Below are positions 1 through 12,500 of a stretch of 64,000 nucleotides of DNA, piece after piece. The DNA lies in assembly GCA_013265495.1 (NCBI GenBank), contig MU058791.1:498001-562000 (forward strand), written 5' to 3'. The notes under the pieces are model-generated. The model was not told the origin of the DNA, did no database searches, and was given only the letters and a program-made list of their open reading frames with translations. This stretch comes from Vicugna vicugna. Its lineage: Eukaryota. Made by a program: the position numbers and the translations under genes. Position 1 is the first letter of the stretch; each line of letters starts with the position of its first letter.

Positions 1-233
1 AGCCATTCACAGGTCGGCCTGGTCAGGATGTTTCCAGTGAGTTAAAAAAAAAAAAGGCATTTTAAGCTTAAGCTCAGGCACAGGAGACAGGGTTCCTGGA
101 GATGGGCCATTATGTATACTTTAAGCTCTAGGCAACATTGCTTTAGCGACTACCTTGTAGCAAAAGCAATAGAATACAAAGGTTGAAGTAAAAGAAACAT
201 CCAGTATGGAGTCAGGTTTGTTTCGCTGTTACA
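1..233 (-). mobile_element. ERV-type LTR fragment (5' end at 233)
   Basis: Ends ...ctgttaca (TGTAACAG LTR start on minus); the terminal ~50 nt resemble 26760-26808. Confidence 0.5.
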
Positions 234-649
234 TTTACAGAATGTTCCTTCTTTCCAAGCTTCTCCTCATACTCTTCCTGTCAAAGACCCTGTACCCCAC
301 TAAATCATGTAACACAAATACATAACTATAATCCAGGTACAAACAGTTCCTCAAAGACTATTTTTCTGTAAAACACTAATGTGGATGGCTAGAAAATGCT
401 ACTGGTCAATGTTTATATTTAACTCTTAATGAACAAATTTTTTGAAAACCCACAGTTGAATGGAAATATGTACTAATGTCTTTCTCTCAATTAAGACACT
501 TCAGGGAGCTTGGCGCTTCAGACCACCACAGCAGTGGTCCCCAAACTTTTAAAGAATGTGGCCCCTTTTCATGGAGCTCAGCATCCTAGCAAGTAGAATT
601 GACTAAGAAAAGACACAGTGCAAATAGCTTTTCAAAATGAATTTGTAAA

Positions 650-1220
650 GAAAATGTGGTATTTACAGGTAATGGAATATTATTCAGCCCTAAAAAGGAG
701 GACATCCTGACATTAGTGACAACATATGTGAACCAGCAGGACATTATGCTAAGTGAAATAAGCGAGTCACAGAACAAATGCTGTATGCTTCGACTTCTAT
801 AAGGTATCTGAAACAGTCCAGCTCACAGAAGCAGAGAGCTCAGTGGTGGTTGCCAGGGGCTTGGAAGGCAGGAAAATGGAGAGTTGTTATTCAGTGGGTA
901 AAAAGTTTCAGTTACGCTGAATGAATATATTCTAGAGATCAGCTGTACAACATCCTGTCTGGAGTAAGCAATATCATCTTGTGCATTTCACACTTTAACA
1001 AAAGTAGATCTCATATTAAGTGTTCTTTCCAAAACAAAAGCCAAATCGAAACAAATCCAGAAGGACACAAGGAAATTCTGGGTCATATTGGGTATCTCTG
1101 TCACCTTGATTGTGGTCACAGTATGATGGATGTTTGCATATGTCCAAACTCATCAAATTGTACACATTAAATATGGGCAGTTCTTCATAAACCAATTATA
1201 CCTCAATAAAGGTGTAAAAA
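650..1220 (+). mobile_element. Old L1 (L1M-type) 3' end fragments
   Basis: Motifs aatggaatattattcagcc, ggacattatgctaagtgaaataag, gtggttgccagggg, attatacctcaataaa. Confidence 0.75.
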
Positions 1221-1675
1221 CTGGGTTTGTATATTATTACTCAAAGTGGTTTTTATGTCTATTAAGCAATAGTAAGGACACGTAGGAGACATATTTCATC
1301 AGTCTACAGACAAGGAATTAGGCAAACTTGCAACCACTCTGCAGTCCTTGACCGCAGCCATGACCAAGCCCCCATGAAAACATTCCCCCTAGTGGCTGGG
1401 GAAAGTATTTGGGAATAAATATGCAGACCTCTTAGTGATTGCCTTGAAGACCTAAGTCTATTACATTGTGACAAACCTTATACTAACCAAAGGGCCTTAT
1501 GGTAAAGGGGGCATTGTGAAATTATAAGTCCTTCTCTGGCTCCAGTCAGTGACCCTTGTGACCTCATGAAGCAAAAAAGCACAATGAGGAGAGGTTGTAA
1601 AGGAGGAGGAGGTAAAAAGCTTGCACAGAAAGAGAACCACCTGCATGTAATTGAGATACTGGGCCTTCCCCTCGT

Positions 1676-1830
1676 GCAGTGGTTCTCTTAAATGGTCACA
1701 TGAAACACCTGGGCATCTCATTAAACTGCAGGTTACGATTCAGCAGGCTTGGGGTGGGGGTCTGAGATTTTGCATTTCTAACAAGTTCCCAAGAGATGCA
1801 GGTGCTACTGGTCCAAGATCATACAATGAG
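1676..1830. mobile_element. MER5A-like hAT-Charlie MITE
   Basis: cagtggttctc...gattttgcatttctaacaagttccca...gatgc...tggtcc. Confidence 0.7.
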
Positions 1831-1971
1831 AAAGGAGACCGTAGCATCAGTGTGTCTTCAGCAGGGGAGTCCAGTCTTTCCTGAGCCTGTCTCCATTTGC
1901 TGGCAGCAGCCAACACGTGTGGACTCCAACTGAGGCCGGCACTGGTGAGCTATACAGTGAACACAGAAGCT

Positions 1972-2051
1972 AGAGGTAGTAACCTACAGGGGTAGTAACT
2001 AACAGAGGTAGTAACTAGCAAAGTTAGTAACTAACAGAGGTAGTAACTAAG
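1972..2051. repeat. 16 bp minisatellite x5 (consensus AGAGGTAGTAACTAAC)
   Basis: Units agaggtagtaacctac / aggggtagtaactaac / agaggtagtaactagc / aaagttagtaactaac / agaggtagtaactaag. Confidence 0.9.
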
Positions 2052-3574
2052 GAGGAGGTCCACTGCCCAACCAACCGCTCTTCAGTATTACTTCCAGCCA
2101 AATCAGATGACACCTTTGTGTTCAACTTCTTTAAATCCAGTTCTCTCCAAGGAGCGGATGTTAACAGTCAAGCCAAGGAGGAGCCGGGCAGGTGGGCACC
2201 ACAGCACCCCCTGCTGTGGGAGGACGCTCCAGCAGGGAGACAAGCCGCTCTTCAGGGAAGAGGAAGCAGCTGAGCCAAGAGGAGGGCTTGAAGGCGGAGG
2301 TGCTGCCCCTCTGCTCGGGCTGTCAGCACGAGTACCTCTTCGTAGAAAGTCCCCTGTGACCTGAGCCACCAGTGTTCCAGCTCCAGCAGGAACTCCGGCA
2401 GGAGCAGGAGTAAGCCAGCTCTGGAGGGCTGGGCGGGACTGGTTCCAGCATCCACATGGCAAAGGTGAGACCCAGGAGCCCAAAGGGCGGCCATTTCTTT
2501 CTGTCGGGACCACTGTGGCTCTTCCCCGTCCTATCTTTTTCTGAAGGAAGCTACCCTCTGTGATTCCAAGGTGACACCCTGGCCCTACTGTGACACAAGG
2601 TGACACCTACTGTGAATGACTAGAAACTGCTACTGTCTTTTGAAAGAGAGCAGGTTAAAGATTCATGGCTCTCTGGCAGGGTCTCCTATTAGATTTGGTT
2701 GAAGAAAGCAGGGTGCCCCCCACCCCGGGTTAAATGTGTGTGATTCTGTTTTTCCCTGAGGAAATGAGACGGCTTTTTGGAAAGTTTCCTAAAGTGACTG
2801 TGAATTAGCTTGTGATGCCCTTAAAGGCATCTATCTACAGTTTCACACCTTGAGCAGACTTGCCAGCGAGTCATTTCAGGAGGCTGCTAAGCTGATGTCC
2901 CCATTAGGATGGGCTGTCGGGGCCTCTCACCTCCGCTCACCTACCCCTAGCGCTTTTGTTACAAATGGTGACAGTGGCGGGTGGGTCGGAATGAAAGGTC
3001 AGGACTGTTTTCTCACCTTCTTATCCCCAGGACACTGGCCACTAAAGAACTATTTATTGGGTGAGTTCATGAGTTGCCAAATTCCTGGGTTGCTAAATAG
3101 AACTCTTGGGTCAGCCTGTCTGCCAATTACGCACCCTGAGTGAATACACATGGTCCTCTTCTACTGCCCTATCCCCCTTGCTTATGTTTCCTCTGTGTCC
3201 AGGCGGAGGGGACTTAAACTTGAGTTCAGGTATTGGTTCAGAACTGAGCATCCCAGCCTGGCATGTCAAGGCAGCAATGGCTTCTAGGAAATGGCCAGAA
3301 CCCACCTGGAGCCACTAGGGATACGAGTCCACGAGCCTGCCCTAGACCTCTCCTGGTGTCATCTCCGTGTCATCGTAGGGTCATCCCATCAAGCCTGGCC
3401 CTCTAGCAGTGTTCATAGCAGCTGGAAGGGGCAGTGTGCCAAGTCAACTTAATCAGACAGCTCTAGATGTCTCCTTGCAGTTGGCCAACTGTGTGAATCT
3501 GTTGCATTCATGATGCCTGGGAGAACGCCAGGAGCTTTGAGGACCTAGTCCAGAGTAGACATGGTCAGGCACTG

Positions 3575-3895
3575 GTTGCCAGGGCTCAGCCAGGAGGGAA
3601 GGGTGAACAGGTGGAGCTCAGAGGATTTTTAGGGCCATGGAAATACTCTATATGATACTCTAGTGATGGATACATGTCATTACATATTTCCCCAAACACC
3701 AGGAGGGAACCCTCCTGTAAACAGTAGACTCTGAATGATGACATGTCAGTGTAGGATCGTCAGTTGTAACAAACGTTCCATTGTGGGGGGTGGGAGAGGC
3801 CGTGCATGTCTGGGTGCAGGGAGTGTATGGGAAATCTGTCCATTCCCCTCATTTTTGCTGTGAAGCTAAAAATTGTTCTTAAAAAAGTCTTAAAA
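3575..3895 (+). mobile_element. L1MC-like 3' end
   Basis: ggttgccaggg...gaggatttttaggg...gatggatacatgtcattaca...gggaaatct...tttgctgtgaa. Confidence 0.65.
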
Positions 3896-4519
3896 AGAAC
3901 AGACATGCTTCCCCCCGCCTCAAAGATGGAGGGTGTGATGGGCAGAAATCTGTTAGCAGCCGAAGAATGGCAGAAGCGGGGCCGGGGTGGGTGAGGAGCC
4001 CCTCCCCGGGGATCTTGTTGGTGATTTTGAGGCTCTGAGGTAGGTCTGCTTCTCGGAGAATGAGGTACAGGATTAGAAAGCCCTGGATTAGGAGCTGGAG
4101 CGGCAGGGACACACTCTGGCAGATGGAGACGGTCGCGGGGTGGGAGGTTGTCTGCACAGGGTGAGAACAGGAGGGAGAGGATGTTCTGGGTTATGTGCGC
4201 AGGCACGAAACTCACATTCTATGTCTGATGCTTCATTTCTTCTACTGTGAATAAGGCTGGGTCTCCCTTTCTGCTTCTCTGTGGCCCAAACACCTGTTGA
4301 CCGCTCGGCCAGGCGTGGGCAGGCCTGGAATGAAGGCCCTGTGGCAGGGCCTCCCCACCACCCCGATGTCCAAGCCTCTAGGCTATCCCATTGGCTAAGT
4401 CCCACCGGGGGTGACTTGCTCACTTCTGGCCCCTGGGGGGCTGGGGCCAGGGGGACACTTTGGAATGATCTTTCTCACTTATTTGAACTCCTGCAATTTG
4501 GCTAAATTTCTTAAGGCCC

Positions 4520-4650
4520 TAGCTCAGTGGTTCTCAGACTTGGCTGCACATTGAAATCCCCCGTGTGAGTCTGCCCAGTTCTGATATAATTGGTCTGGGC
4601 TATGACCTCTACAGCGGGGATGTTTAAAGCTACCTCACGTGATTCGTGCA
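4520..4650. mobile_element. MER5-like hAT remnant
   Basis: cagtggttctcagacttggctgcacattgaaatc...ttctgatataattggtctgg. Confidence 0.55.
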
Positions 4651-5239
4651 CTAGGGAAAGGGAACCTCACCGGCCCAGCTGGAAGCACTTCTCAGTCTGA
4701 TGAGGATTAAATAGCCTGATGCTGGGAACTCCTTACTGCCTTCACCTGGCTTATATAAAGCAGGGATGATCTGGAGAAGGAAGATTGAATTTGGATGCTT
4801 CTGTGGAAACCTTCCTTCTCTTCCCTCCATGTCCTTTAAGGGCAAATCCACCAGGTGACCAGTCTCTTCCCTTTTGAATGAAAGATTTGAAAACACTTTT
4901 GACACACGTATCAGATAAGATACAGAATGCCCAGTTAAATTTGAGCTGTAGAAAACAGTGAAATAGGATTTTAAGTCATGAACCATCAGGAAAGCCAAAA
5001 TAAAATAAGTGCTATCATATTAACCCTATATTGGGGTTGTAAAATTATGAGAATGTAGACTCATACAAATATGTAAAGAATAACTTTTCTCACTGTTCTA
5101 CAAGTTAGGATTGATAATTAATAAGGAGAGCTGTCCAGCTACTAACACATGCCACTGAATGTGATGTTGGGAAGAAATAGCACAAGTTGGTGTGAGCAGC
5201 CAGGACCAGCAGGGCCTGATGTTAACCTACACACATCAA

Positions 5240-6340
5240 GATGCATGCAGCCTGGGCGTGTAACTTAACAAACACCTTTAGAGAGAATACCCATGTAACT
5301 CCGCCAAGGTCAGGGCACAGACCACTGCCAGCACCGCAGAAGTCCACCGCGTGCCTTGTCCCATTTATAATCTCTTCTTCCCCGTTAGAATTAACCATAT
5401 CCTCACTTGTACGGTGACCTCTTTCATGCTGTTCTTTATACTTTTACCAACTAAGTGTACATCCCTAAACATTCTGATTTAATTTGGACTATTTTGAACT
5501 TTATATCAATGGAATCATACTCTGTGTATTCTTTTGTCATTTGTTTATTTTGCTCCATGTTATATTTGTGAGGTTTATCCACAATATTGGTGGTGCCTGT
5601 AGCTTGAGGTCATTCATTTTTAGTGCTGTCTAGTGTTCCAGTCTACCTGATGACGTGCTGGAAGTGTCTCGTACAGGCTCACAAGAGCTGACTGTTGAAC
5701 GTACAGGAATTTTGCAAGCTGGTCGATATCGTAGTGGGAGCCTGAAATTGGCCATGGGGGGAATATTTACATCACAGAAACTGGCAAATGCTACAAACCA
5801 GTGCTTTCCTCTTCTGTTGTTAAACATCTCCCAGCATGCCCCTGAATGTGCTGTGATGCATTTATTCATTCTACACTAAATGGGCATTTGATTTGTTTCC
5901 AGTTTTTGCTGAGGAATATTTTCTTATGTGTATACTGGTACGTACTTTTTTTGAAGGATAGGATATCCACCTCAGGAGGGACACTGTTAGGTCACAGGAT
6001 ACGCACAGGTTTAATTCTAGTTAATAACATCAAACAATTCTCTGAAATGTTTGTATCAGTTTACATAGAACCCTAGCAGCTTTGCTGGAGAATTCCTATT
6101 ACTTGGTATCATTGCCGTCCCTTGGAATTGCCGGACTTTTAATATTTTTGCCAGAATACTGATTGTCTACTTAGATATCATTGTGGTTTTAACTTGCATT
6201 TTCCTGATGATTAGCGAGGTTGAGCACCTTTCCTTTTTGGCCCATTTTAATTTTTTTATATGGAAAGTATTTAAGTCCTTTGCCAGTTCTCTCACCATCT
6301 TTTTGTTATTGATTTTTGGATTTCTTTACATATGCTGGAT
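5240..6340 (-). mobile_element. Old L1 3' region (minus), interrupted by a probable DNA-transposon MITE at ~5655-5840
   Basis: aatggaatcatac, gggcatttgatttgtttccag and cattgtggttttaacttgcattttcctgatga are antisense L1 motifs. Confidence 0.6.
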
Positions 6341-6713
6341 GTTCTCATAGAAGCATCTAAGGCTGTAAACTTCCTTCTATTTCTTTTTCATTTCTCCTTG
6401 AAGTTTACTAGCCTAGTTGCTATGCCACTAACATCAAACCTTGTTTATAGTTAATATGGGTGCATTAATATTGACTTTCTGTTTACTGTGATCTGCTCAT
6501 GAATTTTGCTTTTAACTTTTAAACTTCTCTGGAATGACTTTATTTCCCTTCATCCTGAGCTGTCATTTAAAGATGGAGTGTAGAGATTCTTTACATTTCT
6601 CTGAGATTTGAAGAGGCAGGAAGGAGAGAAGGGAAATTCTGAGTGGGTTATATATGGGGTCCTCTACTCCTCTCAAATATTTGTAAATATCCTGGGTTCA
6701 TTTTTCTCATTTT

Positions 6714-6870
6714 TACAAGCTTGTGGTTGCCAAGGGGGCAGGGGGTGGGAAGGGACAGTCTGGGATTTCAAAATGTAGAACAGATAAACAAGATGATACT
6801 GTATAGCACGGGGAAATACATACAAGTTCTTAAGGTAGCTCACAGCGAAAAAAATGTGACAATGAATATG
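6714..6870 (+). mobile_element. Internal fragment of camelid L1 3' UTR, flanked by a 52 bp direct duplication
   Basis: About 94% identical to 8091-8248; duplication copies at 6652-6703 and 6866-6917. Confidence 0.85.
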
Positions 6871-6934
6871 GGGTCCTGTACTCCTCTCAAATATTTGTAA
6901 ATATCCTGGGCTCATTTCAAATATATGTATTTGT

Positions 6935-7067
6935 AAATTGAAGTATAGTCAATTTATAATGTGTCAACTTCTGGTGTGTAGCACAATGCTTCAGTCATAC
7001 ATGAACATACATATATTCATTTTCATATTCTTTTTCACCATAAGTTACTACAAAATACCGAATATAT
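6935..7067 (-). mobile_element. Older camelid-type L1 3' end, split by the 7068-8383 insertion (continues 8384-8455)
   Basis: attgaagtatagtcaattta...cttcagtcatacatgaacatac...gaatatat resumes after the insert as ttccctgtgct. Confidence 0.75.
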
Positions 7068-8340
7068 GTAAATCAATGAAGTTAGAACACTCCTTTACAC
7101 TATACACAAAATGGATCAAAGACTTAAATGTAAGACAAGATACAATAAACCTCCTAGAAGAAAATATAGGCAAAACATTATCTGACATACATCTCAAAAA
7201 TGTTCTCCTAGGGCAGTCTGCCCAAGCAAGAGAAATAAAAACAAGAATAAACAAATGGGACCTAATTAAACTTACAAGCTTCTGCACAGCAAAGGAAACC
7301 ATAAGTAAAACAAAAAGACAACCTATGGAATGGGAGAACATTTTTGCAAATGAAACTGACAAAGGCTTGATCTTCAGGGTATATAAGCAGCTCATATGAC
7401 TTAATAAGAAAAAAACAAACAACCCAATCCAAACATGGGCAGAAGACCTAAGCAAGCAATTCTCCAAGGAAAACATACAAATGATCAATAGGCACATGAA
7501 AAAATGCTCAATATCACTAATTATCAGAGAAATGCAGATCAAAACTTCAATGAGGTATCACCTCACACCAGCCAGAATGGCCACCATTCAAAAGTCCCCA
7601 AATGGCAAATCCTGGAGAGGCTGTGGAGAAAAGGGAACCCTCCTACACTGCTGGTGGGGATGCAGTTTGGTGCAGCCACTGTGGAAAACAGTATGGAGAT
7701 TCCTCAAAAGACTAGGAATAGACTTACCATATGACCCAGGAATCCTGCTCCTGGGCATATATCCAGAAGGAACCCTACTTCAAAGTGACACCTGCACCCC
7801 AATGTTCATAGCAGCACTATTTACAATAGCCAAGACATGGAAACAGCCTAAATGTCCATCAACAGATGACTGGATAAAGAAGAAGTGGTATATTTATACA
7901 ATGGAATACTATTTAGCCATAAAACTGAATAACATAATGCCATTTGCAGCAACATGAATGTTCCTGGAGAATGTCATTCTAAGTGAAGTAAGCCAGAAAG
8001 AGAAAGAAAAATACCATATAAGATTGCACGTATGTGGAATCTTAAAAAAATAAATAAATACAAAACAGAAATAGACTCATAGACATAGAATACAAACTTG
8101 TGGTTGCCAAGGGGGCAGGGGGGTGGGAAGGGACAGACTGGGATTTCAAAATGTAGAATAGATAAACAAGATGATACTGTATAGCACAGGGAAATATATA
8201 CAAGATCTTGTGGTAGCTCACAGCGAAAAAAAAGTGACAATGAATATGTGTATGTTCATGTATAACTGAAAAATTGTGCTCTACACTGGAATTTGACACA
8301 TTGTAAAATGACTATAACTCAATAAAAAATGTAAAAAAAT
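7068..8340 (+). mobile_element. Young 5'-truncated camelid L1: ORF2 C-terminus (disrupted) + 3' UTR + A-rich tail
   Basis: ORF track reads [20 protein letters not shown]...[16 protein letters not shown] and [10 protein letters not shown]...[15 protein letters not shown]...[23 protein letters not shown] (ORF2p cysteine-rich C-terminus). AATAAA at ~8321. TSD 7052-7067 / 8384-8399. Confidence 0.95.
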
Positions 8341-8383
8341 AAACAAACCAACCAACCTAATTACCTCCCCCCTCAAAAAAGAA
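8341..8383 (+). mobile_element. Vic-1-type SINE 3' tail remnant
   Basis: aaacaaaccaaccaacctaattacctcccccctcaaaaaa matches the tail of the SINE copies at 18138-18280 and 20165-20261. Confidence 0.7.
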
Positions 8384-11300
8384 AAGATATCGAATATATT
8401 TCCCTGTGCTCCACAGCATGTACGTGTTTATTCTCTATATGTCAGTTAGTATCTGCTCCCATGTAAATGTCTGATTAGAACTGCACACATCACTTCCACA
8501 CATCCTACTGGACAGAACTTGGACATGTCACACCTGGTTGCAAGGGATGCTGGGAATTGTAGTCTTTAGCAAGGGATCTAAAACTTGAGGGCTTCTAGTA
8601 ACGAAAGGAAGAAGAGGAAAGCTCTGTTAGAAGTCAAGGACCAGTCTTTCCACAGGTCCTCAGCCAAGCTGCCTGGTGACAACAGTCAGAGATCACCAGA
8701 AAAGTAACTTCCTCCTACCTCCATCTCTGGTCTCACTTTCCCCTGTAAGTTTTCTTCTTCCCTTTTTGTGTCTGCTCTTACCTCCTTCTCAGGTTCTGCT
8801 AGCCCTTTGGGGATAGGAGGCCTCAGAAGTAGCTCAGGACAGTTCTTTCAGAGCCCCCAAAGCTCTTCAGAGTAGGAACCATGGAAAACCTGGGGACCCT
8901 CTTGAGGCAGGTGATACCCATCATGTTCTGTGACCTTCATTCTTTGGTCACATAGTGAACCATCCAGACTCTAGTTTTAATTTTTCTGATACTGGGGGGT
9001 TTGGCCTAAGAAAATGAAGCTGCTTGGGGGAAAGGATGAGAGACCAGAGAATGGGGTCGTCCCACCTGCAAGAGAAGGTATTGAACATGGATGCTCAGTG
9101 TTACAGTCACCCAGGGAGCTTCCAGGTGCCACCGAGGCTGAGAACCATTAGTGTAGGTTGTAGAGCGCACATCCCCCATTTGCAAACCAGGCTGCACAAG
9201 CGGGTAGAGAGGATGACATGGGTCACTGGGACCCGCCAGTGACAACGTCTCAGCTCTGGACACTCAGACCTATGTCACCCCACCTAGGAGCCTTCTACAG
9301 ATGTTTGTGCATCCTAAAAGACCATTGAGGGTCTGAGCTAGAAACCACCTGGAAATCAAAAGCACACCAGGGAATCTGGTTCCTACTTCAGTTGCCACAT
9401 CTGTCACAGCTTCCCCTCTGCTCTCTCTTCTGAGCAGCCTCTCCTGTCCCCAGGGCCAGAGGTGATGCCCGGATGCTGTTGTCAAAAGAAGGGATGAGAG
9501 GACAGGTGGAGACTTGGGGGCTGGTTTACTGAGGGATGTGGGGACACCCTGGAGTGGTTCCCACTTCTGAATCACGCCCCTGGATGCCTTCTTGTTGCCT
9601 TGGGCACCCCTCATCTTGTAAAATAAACAGGTAGAAGAGCAGAAAATGGCTATTTTAAAGTCCCCCAGAATCTGGACTGAGCTGGTAGCTGCAACCTGGC
9701 CGCTGAATCCCTGTCAGGAAGAGGACACGCTGATGACAGTCGCACAGGGACAGTGCAGGGCTCCGCATCACTGTGCCCTTCAGGCAAACCCTATACGCCC
9801 CATGTCCTCTTGGATGGGCTCCTGGAAACCATTTTCTTCCTGCTCTATTGCTCATTCTCTGTCCCTTACACCCTTCTGTGCACCTGACCTGATCCTAGAC
9901 CCAGTCTGCCTCTGTCCCTGTGTCCAAGTCTGGGCCGCCCATGCCTGGTTCCCTCTCAGAAGGGCTGGGACTGTCCCTCCATCGTGAGACCCCTCAGTCA
10001 CAAGCATCCTCAGGACCCGTCCCTCCCACCCACCAAGGTGGGTTCCTTCACATGGCACAAGGCTGGGCGTTGCTGCGCAGAAAGACCCCGAAGGGCGGGA
10101 CAGGATTTGCAGGGAGGGAAAGGGAGCAGAGGACCTGGTCCTGCCCACATCCTACCCTGTGTGACAAAGGAGCAAGCTCTGGGGTGACAGCGTGGGTGAC
10201 ATGACCCACAGGGAGCTGGAACCACCCACAAGAGTGCCGCTGAGCCTCCCTGGGCATCCAAAGTGAAGCCGAAGTTGAGAGTGACTCCAGGAGCATCATC
10301 TTCCTTTGGGACAGCTTAGAAAAAGGAGTGTTGATTCAGATTTTTCACAGAATTTTCCAATTTTGGAATTTTCATGGGGTGGGGGGGCATATGTAATTTT
10401 ACTTTTGTTGAAAAATGTCTCTAGATGACTTAGAGCTGTTCAAATTCTAGGTCTAGTCCTAAATAGAATAAAACCACATTATAAAATTATAGCGTGGGAG
10501 ACACAGATCTTTAAGGGAATTGTTCCATGAAGTGACGAGTCATAAGCGCGGGCAGTCGGCTCTGGGGACCACTGGCATGTTGAGAAGAGGAGAACGTCCA
10601 CAGACCCGCCCTCACCAGACACCGGTGTCCCCAAGTCATAGCTTTTGTCTCCTTTACATTTTTGGCTCTTTCCCTGTGTTCCTTGCACGCCAACTCCCTG
10701 TCTCATCTGACTGGTGTGACCACTGAAAGTTGTCTCAATGGTGGGCTTCTGTGGCTTCGGCCTCATTTCTCCTTCCACGGTTCTGAAGGCAACGTACCTG
10801 CCCCATCACCGAGGCTTCCCCCCGAAAGCCTCAGGCTGAGCTCACCCCTTGTGCCTCTTCTCCCAGGCTCAATGCTGGGGGCACTGGAAGGGGCTTTGGC
10901 TCTCCTTGGCATAATAAGGACCCTCAACTCTGCTACGTGAGTAGCCTTCAGTGCTACTCAAAGTGTGGTCTGTGACGAGAGAAAAATACAGAAAGCGAGT
11001 GGAAACATCTAGAGAGTTTTTAGGACACTGACAACACTACAACATCCAAGTGGGCGATTTCGAACTTTGCATGCTGTTCCCAGTTGCCAGCCCTCTTCTA
11101 GATGCTCAAATGGACTCTGGCATTGCTGAAGCGGTGTAGGGAAGGTGACAACCCAGGTGTCATACAGGTTCTCACTGCATTATGGGTGCGACATGCAGGA
11201 ATTAGGGTGACCTGTGTCATAGTTTGCCTGGGACAGTCCCAGTTCATAATGTCCCAACATAATTATGCCAGAATGTCCCTTTTCACCCTCAGAAGTGTCC

Positions 11301-11838
11301 CAGTTTGGACAATAAATGGTTGCTCTACTTGTTCACCATGCTCATCGCATGGCCTGTTTTCACTCTGTGTCATCACCCCAAATCCTGTAATAAGCAGCGA
11401 CAGTGACTTCAAAGGAGGCCAGAGAAACTTTCCATCCAATTCAAATATGTTTGTATTCCAGGGATCTAATCCTAGGATTTCTTTTCTCCATACCCTCTTG
11501 GTGCCTTGTGAGCTATATGACAGTCATCACTGAGAAAGGCCCCCAGAGGGAGGAGAGAGCCTTGCTTGGCAAGCAACTTTCTGCAATGAGACGTCAGAGT
11601 CAGGAGCCTCAGGGTGCAAGGAGATGGAAAAGGGAGAGGCTTTCTTTTCATTCTGAGTTGACTGATGTTCTCTGTAAATTACGAATGGGTTTGTCCTGAT
11701 CTGTGGTTACTGCCTACTTGGTCCCCGCTGGGAAGACACTGAAAGTCCAACTTGTCTACAAATACTTGCCCTTAACATGTTACTATGTCTAAAATTCCTA
11801 CCTTCAGAGCTACTCTTTTTGTTAAACTTAGTAGCTGC

Positions 11839-12500
11839 TTTTTTTTTTTTTGAGTGAAGGTAAATTTACTCAGAGAGATACATTGAAAGGCAAGAGACAG
11901 GCCATGAGGTGTGGGGGTTGGGTGCTCAGATTAAAAGTAGGTCCATACTCTACAGACAGAATGTGGGCCATCTCCTAAGAGGAAGAGAGAGGGGCGGCCA
12001 CGAGACGCTGTGTTGCTGGTTTTTATGGGCTTGGTGGCTTCATATGCGAAGTGGAAGGACCAGTCTAAGGGGAAGGGGCTGGGACTCCCAGGAAGTTGGC
12101 CATTTCCCACCCTTTGACCTTTTGTGGCTAGCCTTGGGACTGTCATGGAGCCTGCGGGCGTGTTATTCACCATGTTAATATATTACAATGGGTGTATAAT
12201 GAAGCTCAAGATCTACAGAAGTTACATCTCTCACCATCCTGAGCCTCAAGGCCTACTGGGGGTTGAATCTTTCACCATTTTCATGCTAATTGCCGTGGCA
12301 TTCCTTGAACGGCTGTGCCCAGCCCCCTTCCATCCTCTCATTCCCCCCTCAGAAATTCTACTCCCATAATCTTACAGGGATGCAGAGGGACGAAGGTCTG
12401 TCTTCTGAAACTGCTTCCAGGCTGAGGAGCTGCGTTGACCCTGCTTATCAGGGAGTAAAAATCTCTGAATGCCTAATCTAGGGGCCCCAGGGGCCTCTTA
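11839..12500 (-). mobile_element. ERV1-like 3' internal segment + PPT + U3-R ending in poly(A); may extend further right to ~13.9 kb
   Basis: On minus, GAGGGGGGAA polypurine tract (12341-12350) is directly followed by TG at 12340. AGTAAA at 11865-11870, then A13 at 11839-11851. Confidence 0.65.

Noticed and set aside
1972..2051. let-7-like GAGGTAGTA motif as a miRNA cluster
   Set aside because: Match is only 9 nt within a simple tandem repeat, with no pre-miRNA hairpin.
2103..2606. Overlapping GC-rich ORFs as a possible exon of the neighbouring gene (CAMK1D by recalled synteny)
   Set aside because: No resemblance to the recalled kinase C-terminus and no convincing splice context.
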